Shown: piece after piece, positions 35,220 to 48,789 of the stretch
Position numbering within the stretch: position 1 is the first letter of the stretch
Layout: every line of letters starts with the position of its first letter
Assembly: GCF_009914755.1 (NCBI RefSeq)
Contig: NC_060943.1
Length of the DNA: 64,000 nucleotides
Source: the human T2T-CHM13v2.0 reference genome, Homo sapiens
Direction: 5' to 3' (one strand)
Program-made: the position numbers and the translations under genes
The notes under the pieces: generated by a model
What the model was told of the DNA's origin: nothing
Databases searched by the model: none
The model's input: the letters and a program-made list of their open reading frames with translations, nothing else

Positions 35220-37000
35220 TTTGGTTCCCTCTTTTTTATTAGACTAGCTAGTGATCTATCAATCTTATTTGTTCTTTCAAAGAACCAACTTTGGGGTATA
35301 CTGATCTTTTGTAGGAATTTTCGTATCTCAATTTTATTCATTTCAGCTCTGATTTTGGTTATTTGTTTTATTCTGCTAGCTTTGGGGTTGACTTGCTCTT
35401 GTTTTTCTAATTCCTCTAGGTGTAATGTTAAGTTGCTAATTTGGGATCTTTCTAACTTTTTGATATGGGTATTCTGGTACATTGCATCTTTACTTTCCTG
35501 GATGCTAGGACCAAACTGGACTAGAGTAAATTACGTGGTTCCTTCTGTCCCAAAGAAAGATGTATTTTTAACTCAGGAGCTACATCAGCCCCATCTGGCT
35601 ACATTAAGCATCCCAGTCTCCTCTGCGTCTCATGCTGGACTCTATGCAAAAGGGACAGCCAGCGAAAGCATTATTGATATGTCAATATTGAGATGTGAGA
35701 ATTTGATCCTGTCATTATGTTGTTAGCTGGTTGTTATGTAGACGTGATTGTATAGTTGCTTCATAATGTCAGTGGGTTATACACTTAACCACTTAACACC
35801 ACTTTCTGTGGTGTCATGTAACATTCTTTCACTTCTGTGTTTGGCACTCACTTAAGGACCTCTTATAAGTCAGGTCCGGTGGTAATGAATTTTTTTCAGT
35901 TTTTGTTTGTCTGAAAGGGATTTTATTTATCCTTCGTTTATGAAGCTTAGTTTGGCAGGGTATGAAAATCTTGGCTGAAATTTGTTTTCTTTAAGAATGC
36001 TGAATATAGGCCCCGAATGTCTTTGGCTTATATGATTTCTGCTAAAAGCTCTTCTGTTAGCCTGATGGGGTTCCCTTTGTACATGACCTGCCTCTTCCTT
36101 TTAGCTGCATTGAATATTTTTTCTTTCATGTGAACCTTAGAAAATCTAATGACTCTGTGTCTGGGGGATGGTAATCTTGTACAGTATCTTCCTGGGGTTC
36201 TCTGAATTTCCTGAATTTATATGTCAACCTCTCTAGCAAGGTTGGGGAAATTTTTGTGGATGATATCCTCAAATATGTTTTATAAGTTGCTGCGTCTCTC
36301 TTTTTCCAGGATTCCAGTGGGCCGTAGGTTTGGTCTCTTTATATAATCCCATATTTGTTGGAGGGTTTTGTCATTTTTTTTAATTCTTTTTTTAAAAATT
36401 TTTGTCTGATTGGGTTGATTCAGAGAACTGGTCTTTGAGCTCTGAGATTCTTTTCTCAGCTTAATCTATTCTGATGTTAATACTTCCGCTTGTATTATGA
36501 AATTTTTGCAGTTTTTCAGCTCTAACAGATCAGTTTGATTCTCTCTTAAAATGATTATTTTATCTTTCAGATCTTGAATCATTTTATTGGATTTCCTACA
36601 TTCCTTGGACTGGGTTTCGAGTTTCTCCTGAATCTCCGTGATCTTTGTTGCCATCCAGATTCTGAATTCTATGTCTATCATTTCAGTCATTTCAGACTCA
36701 TTAAGAACATTGCTGGGGAGATAGTGTGGTCACTTGAAGGTAAAATACTCTGGCTTTTGGATGTGTCAGATTTCTTTCACTGGTTCTTCCTCATCTGTGT
36801 GGGCTGATGTTCCTTTAATCTTTGAAGTTGCTGTTCTTTGGATAGGGCTCTTTGCTTTTATATTCTCTGATGCCCTTGAGGGTTTCACAGTGGTATAACT
36901 TGGGCTTAGACAACTGCATTTGTTTCTGGATGATTTCAAGGGGCCCAGGCTCAACTCAGCACTCCTGAGCTGCATGCTCTAACTACGGGGACCTGGGACC
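35220..37000 (-). mobile_element. Antisense L1 fragment (ORF2 endonuclease/linker region and ORF1)
   Basis: Minus-strand peptides [24 protein letters not shown]...KSWFFE-like (ORF2) and EFRIWMATKITEIQEK...LLELKN (ORF1). Confidence 0.85.
36571..36807 (+). CDS. SIGLEC9: Alternative terminal coding exon of SIGLEC9, exonised from an antisense L1 (ITIM-less 479-aa isoform)
   Basis: Acceptor ttattttatctttcag| at 36570; phase 0 matches exon 6; open for 78 aa, ILNHFIGFPTFLGLGFEF...FFLICVG*. Matches my recollection of an annotated SIGLEC9 isoform C-terminus. Confidence 0.8.
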   Translation: MLNHFIGFPTFLGLGFEFLLNLRDLCCHPDSEFYVYHFSHFRLIKNIAGEIVWSLEGKILWLLDVSDFFHWFFLICVG

Positions 37001-37354
37001 TGGCCCATGGCTTTTTTTTTTTTTTTCCTGGCCCCTCAAGGTTAAGCACCTCCTATGCTGGAATGGCCAAGGTGTTCCGGGTCCACTGGCAACAACGCTC
37101 CAATAGGGGTTGCTGACAAAGCATTTTGGCAGGGTGGCCATGGGTGATGGGAGTTCCTGCACGTGGTGTGCATCAGCTGCAGGGTGGCCGTGGGTCTTGC
37201 AAATCTGCTTGCTAATGTTATGCCTAAGATCACGTTATAAAAGACTAACTTGTGCCTCATTCTCTCTCTCGCTGTCTCTTGCTTTCTCACTTTGATGAAG
37301 CTGGAGGCCATGTTGTGAGCTACCTATGGAAAAGCCCATGGTTTCATAACAAAG

Positions 37355-39242
37355 CTGATTGAGTAGCAAATGTTATTTTCCAGGCAAAAAAATTAAGTGG
37401 TAAGTTCTTCTGAATATGCAAGGCAGAAATAATTCCAGTGTTTCATAAACTCTTTCAAGTATGAAAGACATATCAGCCGGGGTGACTCTGGGGAGTTTTT
37501 TGCTTTCTCTGTTCCTCACTGAGATCTACATGGAAGGGAAGGGAAAAACACTCGTCTCTAAAAACCTCCCACCTCTGGCACCCATAAGTCTGAAGTTGCA
37601 CTTATGTGAGGAACTACCACTTTGCCCCTACCCACTGGCTTCCTGTTGGGGTTACTCTTGTTTTTCCAAGCCAGTTCTTCCCACGCCGAGGGAACTTATG
37701 ATGAGACAGCCCCAGGAAAGTGCCTGACACGTATTCCCTGGGCTGCCCCTTCCCTTCCACATGCTTCCTGAGTGAGCACGTCCACCTTGTGGCTCAGCTG
37801 TGAGCCCTGCCCTGATGTCTCCCCCACTTTCTGCCCCTTGAGCCTCTTCTTGGACATGGTGCCTCCATCCCCCACCCCCGACTCTTCAGTTATCCCAGTC
37901 AGGACCCAGGACTTATTCCAGTTGCCTCCTGTTTTCAACCACCCCATGCATGAGTCAGGGGTTCCTGTAAACTTCACTTCCCCAAAAATGTCTGCCATCA
38001 TGCCCTTCCTCCTCCCTCCATTCCCTGTCTCCTCCCCTCTATCTGCATGGCCAGGCCCTTTTCGGTCTTGATGATTGCTCCATTTCCCACCCAACATCCC
38101 GGTCTGCAGCCTCTCGCCTCCATGCTGTGGCCCTCGCAGCACAAGCCCTGAAAAATTTTCCTGCATCCAGAGCTGACACTGCCTCTTCCCTGCTCAGGGC
38201 CCTCTCTGGTTCCCTGGAACCCTCAGTCCAAGCTGTTCAGCTGATCATGTCCCAGCACCTCCAATTTCCCCCTGGAAGACCCCACACATATTTGCAGGGC
38301 CCTTCATCTGCCCGGCTGTCTCATGGCCTGTGCTTTTTCCCCTCCACCTGAGGTGCCCTTAGCCACCTGTTAATATGACCAACTCCCCCACTAGTCTCAG
38401 CTCAGCCTCTTTCCCTGCGGGGTCTTTCAGCTTTTTGAACTCCTGGATTTGCATTCGTGAGTATGTGTCACACAGTCAGGTGTCTCCTCTTTCTGTTTTT
38501 GTGGGGTTGTGGGAGAGACAGCCTCTCAGCTCCACCCTCCCCGCTCTCACTGTTTTCCTCACTCAACCCTGAAGACCCTGAGCAATGGCACCTCGCTTCC
38601 TGTCCTGGAGGGTCAGTCCCTGGGCCTGGTCTGTGTGACTGACAGCAACTCCCCCGCCTCACTGAGCTGGTCTCAGGAGGGAAGAACACTGAATCTCTCC
38701 CAGCTCTCAGCAACTGGGATCCTGGAGCTGCCCCAGAAAGGGACTGGAGGTGAAGGCGACCTCACCTGTGAGGCTCAGCACCCACTGGGCTCCCAGCACA
38801 TTTCCCTGAGCCTCTCTGTGCAGAGGGAGCTGCTGGACGGGTGCTGGGGCAGGCAGCCTGGTCAGGTGTTGGGCTGTGAGAGGGGCCTAGACCTAGGAAC
38901 AAAACCTCACCCTCTTCTCCCCACTCCCAGGAAGTCCCTCTGGGTGCAGATGTGCGAGTGAAGATCAGGAGGGCTCCCAGCCCCTGGTTCTCACCTAATC
39001 AAGGGGCGCTCATGGGCACTGGTTTCTCCTTCACCCGTGGCCTCACCTGGGGCTACTACTCCAGGTGAGCAGGGCTGCTCTTTTCTAGGGAAGCCGAGGG
39101 ATTGGCCCCCGAGTTCCAGATGGGGCTGAGCTGTCCTGTCCCGCCTGAGTTAGAATTGAAGTGGCCGATGCTAATCTGAGGCCGGTGTTGGCTCTACAGG
39201 TGTGGAGGCCCCCAGGGGAGCAGGGCTGAGAGGCCTGACTGA
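37355..39242 (+). pseudogene. Second, internally deleted activating-type Siglec pseudogene (upstream region + C2 + TM + tail)
   Basis: 37355-37725 aligns to 20040-20430; leader, V and C2-1 are absent. C2 38567-38824 is open (86 codons) but has acceptor AA and donor GG. TM 38931-39064 reads LVLT[fs]LIKG[fs]ALMGTGF. Tail 39200-39242, CGGPQGSRAERPD*. Confidence 0.88.
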
Positions 39243-39446
39243 GCCCCTCCTGCTCAAGACAGAACTCAGATGAGGACACCCAGCCCTGCGGGACAGATGC
39301 AGGACATCACTGTCAGCCATGGCTCAGCCCTTCTGACCACTGAGATGCTGCAACTTCCCCTCCTGGGAGGGAGCGATTGGGCAAACACTTACCCTTTGCT
39401 GGAAATCTCAAGGCACAGCACGGGTGCTCACAATCTGAATACAGAA

Positions 39447-39477
39447 CGAATGAATGAATGAATGAATGAATGAATGA
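39447..39477 (+). repeat. (GAAT)n microsatellite
   Basis: Direct tandem repeat. Confidence 0.9.
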
Positions 39478-39659
39478 AATGTCTTTCCTTATCTCATGTG
39501 AGAGACTTGACAGTTCTTTCACTCTCCAAGTAACATCAGCTTCCCCTGTCCCAGCCCAGTCTGTCCTGGGCAGACAAGATTAATTAAGTGGCTCCTGGGC
39601 AGACATTGGTGCAGGAGACAGGGCCCAGGAGACCTGTGTGATTTGGGCAATTCGCTTTC

Positions 39660-40020
39660 TATCTCTGTCCATTCATGCTGCTACAACAAAATACCATAAA
39701 CTGGCCAGTTTATAAACAACAGAAATTCATTTCTCACAGTTCTGGAGGCTGAGAAGTCCAAGACCAAGGTGCCAGCAGGTTTGGTGTCTGGAGACAGTTT
39801 GCTTCCTCATAGATGGTGCCTTTTCCTTATGTTCTCATGTGGTGGAAGGGCTGTGCAAATTCCCCTGGGTCTCTCAGATGAGGGGACTAATCCCATTAGA
39901 CTAATCCCAGAGTCCTCATAGCCTAATCGCCTCCCAAATCATTATACCTTCTAATACTATCACATGGGGATTCAAATTTCAACAAATGAATTTTGAGGTG
40001 ACATATTCAGACCATAGCAC
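39660..40020. mobile_element. MLT1A-like LTR
   Basis: aaataccataaactgg...aacagaaattcatttctcacagttctggaggctgagaagtccaagaccaaggtgccagca. Confidence 0.75.
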
Positions 40021-40229
40021 TTGTCACTGTGGACCTTGATGTCTTCCTCTCCGAACTGTGGAAGTGGGAGTAGAGGGCTTGTCAGCTCCCCTGGGTCATA
40101 TGTGGTTCACAAGTTCCTCCTTTCTACAGATTCTTTGGCTTCCTTAAGTCTCTCCTTCCCATTTTTTTTTCTGATTTTAATTGCAAACTGGGGACTGTGG
40201 GAAAGAGATGGGCCATGGTCTAGCCCTTC

Positions 40230-41181
<952 letters not shown>

Positions 41182-42399
41182 CTTCTGCCCACTGAGATAC
41201 TGCAAATATCCTTATGGGGAGAGAGTGGCTGGGCAAGGAGGAGGCGCCCAGGAGGCAGATTGGTCTGCAGGATGAGATACTAGCTGCAAATGCAGGGATT
41301 GGAGGTGAGGGCGGGGAGTGGCTTCGGACGCCCAAACCCAGCATCTTCCTCTCTCAATCGTTACAGCCAAATGATCTCTAGGTTATGGACAATTAGGGGA
41401 CAGTGTGGGCTGAGCAGATCAATGCAGTTGTATGGAAGAAAACAGACTGGGATTTTCTATGTATACAACATCTTCAGGAAAACCTACGTGAAGTTAGAAT
41501 TTTCAAGGCAGCATGTGCCGATGATAAAACTACATAGAACAGCAGGAAGACTATTATCATTAAAGTGAGGCTAGGGGCTCCTTCAGGAGGGAGCGGGGGC
41601 ATGGCCAATAGGAAAGGGGAATGTAAGGGTGAATGAATTAATAAAATCTCTTTCTTCATTTCAAGGGACAGACTTGACAGTTCTTTTGTGTTCTAGTTCT
41701 TCAAGGGTGCTTATTTTGTGTGAATCACTGAGTTGGTTTTTAGGGGACACTTTTATGTACATGTCTTGTGTTTCTCCCCGCTCAAAAAAAACTGTTTCAA
41801 GAAAAGCTGGCCTGGATCTAAGGGGGCTGCAGCTTGCAGGATTTTTCCCACTTCCTCCCAGCCCAGTCACACAGTTTAAAATAATCTTCTGTTGAAGTCA
41901 GGTGCGTGTTTCTTCTCTCAGAAAATCGCGCCCATCACTGAGGGTGGACGCCCCGGGGCTGGTGTCTTTGCTCCACGTCTCCTGTTCACCTGAACCCCTA
42001 GGAGCAGTTCCTGCAGGAGCAAAGCCCCAGGGCCAGCAGACCCCTCACACTCTGCACTAACCAGGCCTCATGAGATAGCAGTGGTGAAGGGAAATGTCCT
42101 TGTGCTCAGAGAGCTGTGAGGATGGGAATAGTGTCTGCTCTTTTCATATTGATCCTTTCCCTTATGACTTTCCTGTCTACCAAGCCCCACAATACAACAA
42201 TCACAGCCTCAGCTTCCCCGGCCTCCTGCAGGCTGGGCTCCCCTCCGTGTCCTTGGCGTGTATCAACAGGCGGAATCCTCACCTTCACAGCCCCATGTCC
42301 GTCTGCTCGGTCCTCCTGAGACTGAACCCCCGACCTAGGGGAGAGTGACCCCACCCTGCCTGTGCCCCCCACTGAAGCTCCTGTCATGGGGAGCTCAAA

Positions 42400-43634
<1,235 letters not shown>

Positions 43635-43635
43635 G

Positions 43636-43845
43636 CCTCTGACGCTGGCATTGTGGCATGTGGGGCCTTATGACTCCTTGTTTTGGGGCCTGTCCTAGGC
43701 ATGGCCGGGGTTTAGCACCATCCCAGGCCTCTCCCCACCAGATGCCAGAAGCACCCACCCCACCCATGCAGTGAGACAATAACAATTATCTCCACACATT
43801 GTTAAACGTCCTGGGGGGTTAAGTCCTCCCCAGTTGAGAGCCTTA
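43636..43845 (-). mobile_element. MER20
   Basis: Reverse complement of the MER20 core: tttagcaccatcccaggcctctccccaccagatgccag. Confidence 0.7.
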
Positions 43846-44360
43846 GGTCTACACAACCCCGTGACTCTCTCAGGCCAGGCCAGGGAGGAAGCACTTCCTG
43901 GCGCAAACCAAGGGCAGCAGAGGCACCTGAGCCTGGACAGGGAGACTCAGCACACGGCCCCTCCATCTCTCATGCCCTGAGGTCCTCGGAGATCCACATT
44001 TAGATGCTCAAAAGACAGGAGGGACCTCCACGATGGTCCAGAGGCCGGGAGGGCAGGACCTACGTGTCTGGTGCAGGCCCTGGTGCTCCAGGGAAGCCCG
44101 GAGGTAGGAGGTGGGACACGGTCTCTTCTCCTCCCTGGGTGGGTCTCTAGGGTCTCTGAGCTTCAGGGTTTCCTTCACTCTGTGCAGAGGGAACCAGTTC
44201 CTATAGCATGTGGGTTTGTAGTTTCTCTTTCGTGCTGGGTTGAGGTCTCCAGCTCCTCTCCAGCCCCTCTCCAGCCCCCTGTGGGTCCCACAGCCCTGCC
44301 CCTCCTCTCCCTCCCACTTCTCTGCTCACACAAGGAGCCCAGGAACCCTCTGTCTCAGAG

Positions 44361-45292
<932 letters not shown>

Positions 45293-45519
45293 GTGAGTGC
45301 TGAGCCAGGACGCCCTGGTCCCTGATGAGGGGGGGACGTCCCTGAGGGCAGAGGATGGGGTCAGGGCTCGACACTGGGTGCTGGGTCCCAGAATCTGGGC
45401 TGGTTGTGGGATCAGGAGGACGCTGGCTCCGCCTTCCCCATTTATGCAGCTCCTGGGGAGACAGGGCCAGTGTCCCCAGCCCTCACAGTGATGCAGGTCT
45501 CCATGTCTTTCTGTCCCAG

Positions 45520-45567
45520 ACCCTCCTCAGAACTTGACTGTGACTGTCTTCCAAGGAGAAGGCACAG
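45520..45567 (+). CDS. SIGLEC7: SIGLEC7 exon 3 (linker)
   Basis: 48 nt, YPPQNLTVTVFQGEGT. Confidence 0.95.
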
Positions 45568-46462
45568 GTAGGATGGAGCCCCCTCCCTGGGGCTGGGGGA
45601 GCAGGGCCTTCAGCTCAGGGCAGGGCCAGGTCCCTCCTCATCCTGGACTCACCCTGGTGATATGAGACTCCCTTGTAGTTGAACCCAGGCCTCCTCCCCA
45701 TCCTTAGCCTCTGTGGCCACCTGAGCACCTGTCCTCTTCCCCCCACTCCCCTCAGACTCTTGCACACACACCCTCCTCAGCCCTGCAGCCAGGACAGGGG
45801 GAAATACATATAGCAGGAGCAGCCTTTGGGCCTCTTATCTTCCATCTCCTGAATATGCCACCTAACTCGTCTTTTTATTTTACCCAATAGTTTTGAGCTA
45901 CGTTCTTTTGGATACATGCTATAATCACGTGGGCAAAAATTTTAAATTCACAGTAAAATGTGTCCCCAGAATCAACCAGGGTCTGTCCAGGCTGTCCTGA
46001 GCCTTGGTTTGTGCACCTGGAAGATCTCAGAGGTGGTTTGATGTCAGTAGTGAGACTGTTTGCACCCTCTTCTAGGGATGTGTGTGATTCCACTGTCTGA
46101 ATAGTCTCTGATTTTGTGGCATCTCCTAATGGAAGATCATGGCACTAATTTTATCCTACGGCACGAACACTGCAATGAATAATGTTGTATCTACTCCCAC
46201 AAGGAATATCTAAGTGTATAGGATAAATTCCTAAAAGCACATTTTACCAGTGTCATATGTTCTTTCTGATTTTGAAAGATATGGTGAAGTTGTCCTCAAA
46301 TAAAGGTGGGCAAGTTTACATTCCCAACAGTGAGCGGTGAACATAAGTATGTCCCTGCACCAGCCTACATCACTCTCTGTTCCATTCCCCAGTCTCATTC
46401 TGTATCCTTCCTCCCTGTTTCAATCACTTTGTCTCTTTGAACCTCCAACTTTTTCTCTACAG

Positions 46463-46729
46463 CATCCACAGCTCTGGGGAACAGCTCATCTCTTTCAGTC
46501 CTAGAGGGCCAGTCTCTGCGCTTGGTCTGTGCTGTTGACAGCAATCCCCCTGCCAGGCTGAGCTGGACCTGGAGGAGTCTGACCCTGTACCCCTCACAGC
46601 CCTCAAACCCTCTGGTACTGGAGCTGCAAGTGCACCTGGGGGATGAAGGGGAATTCACCTGTCGAGCTCAGAACTCTCTGGGTTCCCAGCACGTTTCCCT
46701 GAACCTCTCCCTGCAACAGGAGTACACAG
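46463..46729 (+). CDS. SIGLEC7: SIGLEC7 exon 4 (C2-set 2)
   Basis: STALGNSSSLSVLEGQSLRLVC...LSLQQEYT; donor G|GTGGGT; 267 nt. Confidence 0.95.
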
Positions 46730-47361
46730 GTGGGTAAGGGAGGGGCTGGAGGAGGAGAACACACCTGCCCCACCCTCATGGGCCACCCACTGCCCCTGAG
46801 CTTCAAGGGGGAGCTCAGCTCTGGTCTGTGCTCAGCTGTGAGGCCTGGAACTTCCCTGCAACCCAGGGCACTGCTGTCCTCTTCCTGCCAGGAAAGGTGT
46901 GTAAGGCAGGAAGAGGGGAGGAGTGGGTCTTGGAGGGGAGGAGCTGGGGCCTGGACAGGTGTGTTTGGGGAGACACGTGCCTTGCTTTCCAGTGCCTGGA
47001 CTAGGGTGACACAAGCAAGGCACTCACTTCTGGGCACACGACTAAAAAACAAAAAATAAAACAACTCAGCAAGCAAGTGAAATAATATTGGATGTGATTA
47101 TCTTTATTAAAAACTAAAAATTATTGCAAAATAATTTGACAGTGAATACAAATCAAAATTTCAAATACAGGCAGGCTGTGCTTACCACTCTCATGCCTCA
47201 GTGACCTCAGGAGTTGTCCCTTCCTCCTCCCTCCCATTCTTGCCCTTTGTTTCTGGGAAGGGGGATTAGGGTACCCAAGTTGGGGGCCTTATAGGAAGTG
47301 GGAGGAGAAGAGACCCAGTTCTTGGAGTTGGATCACCAAAACAATTCCAATCCATCCTCAG

Positions 47362-47458
47362 GCAAAATGAGGCCTGTATCAGGAGTGTTGCTGGGGGCGG
47401 TCGGGGGAGCTGGAGCCACAGCCCTGGTCTTCCTCTCCTTCTGTGTCATCTTCATTGT
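47362..47458 (+). CDS. SIGLEC7: SIGLEC7 exon 5 (transmembrane)
   Basis: KMRPVSGVLLGAVGGAGATALVFLSFCVIFI; 97 nt. Confidence 0.96.
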
Positions 47459-47828
47459 GTGAGCACTGACCCTAGGGAGGGAGGGAGAGTCCTGGGGGAG
47501 GGCGGACTGGGAGCAGGATCCCTGAAGCCAGAGCTGGAAGGGACTGCATGGGTCAAGAGCTTGGGGCAAGAATGAGCTCACGGGTGCGTGGCAAGAATTT
47601 CAAGAGCGCCCTTGTCTGTGGGGCTCCACATCTGTGGTGAACCTTGGGCCCCACCACCCAGGAGGCAGGAGCCTCTGTTTTCAACACTGGGGTCTCTGGG
47701 ACTGGACCACCCTCCTCCCACCTCAGTTACCCCTCCAGCGCCCCAACAGGAAATACAGGGCAGGGGTTGGTCTGCCCACTGCACCCCGATCTGACCACAC
47801 TGAAAGGCTCTCTGGTCTCTTCACTCAG

Positions 47829-47925
47829 AGTGAGGTCCTGCAGGAAGAAATCGGCAAGGCCAGCAGCGGACGTGGGAGACATAGGCATGAAGGATGCAAA
47901 CACCATCAGGGGCTCAGCCTCTCAG
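47829..47925 (+). CDS. SIGLEC7: SIGLEC7 exon 6 (cytoplasmic)
   Basis: VRSCRKKSARPAADVGDIGMKDANTIRGSASQ; 97 nt. Confidence 0.96.
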
Positions 47926-48789
47926 GTGAGTGATATGGGCGTCTCCACACCCAGCATCCAGCTGGGACATCTCCCACAGGATGGCCTCCAGGATTTCTCT
48001 GCTTATCATGGCCAAAATTATCTCCTCATCTCCTCCTCCTTCCCACCATCCAGCTTCTCCTGCAGGATTCCCCATCTTGCTGACTGCATGACAGTCCCTC
48101 CTACCTACTTTCTCTCGGGCCAGGCATGGAGGAGGAGTTATCTCCTCTCTGTCCTCCCTTTCTTCTCTATAGCTCCACATTCACCAAATCTTGTCCATTT
48201 TTCCTCCCTAAGAATGGCTAGCATTGCTCCCACCCCCACCAATCCTAAACTCTCTCAATGCTGAGGCCTGAGGATCTCTGTCTTGGACTTCCTCACCTCC
48301 CTGCCTCTTGTGTCCCCTGCCCTGATGGGAGGAATCATTCAGAAGCCATCACTGATCAGTTTCTTTGCATCTGGACAGCTGTTCCCACCCCCAACACTGT
48401 CTAGAGCAGAAGCCAGAAAATACTATCTGGAAAGGCCAGATAGGAAATATTTTTGGCTTTCTGGCCTACACAGTCTCATTGCAGCTCCTCAACTCTACTG
48501 ATGTAGCAGGAAATCAGCCGTAGACCATGTGTAAATGATTAGCTGGCTGTGTGCCAGTAAAACTTTATTTATAAAAACAAGCTGTGGGTAGAATTTGTCC
48601 CAAGGGCTCTAGTTTGACAAGCCCTAACCTAGAGAAAAAGCCCAAACTTCATAACTGCAGCCCTGCACATTCTCGTCTCTTAAACATCTACCTCTCTAGC
48701 AGGGCTGGAATTAGTGTGAGATGAGTGAGGTCCTGGCCTAGCATGCAAAATTTAAGAAGGTGCCAAAAATCTCAGTAATTGTGATAGTT

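Noticed and set aside
35208-35726. 172-aa hydrophobic ORF resembling a membrane protein
   Set aside because: Antisense L1 ORF2 (T-rich) gives spurious Phe/Leu/Ile runs; no matching splice context.
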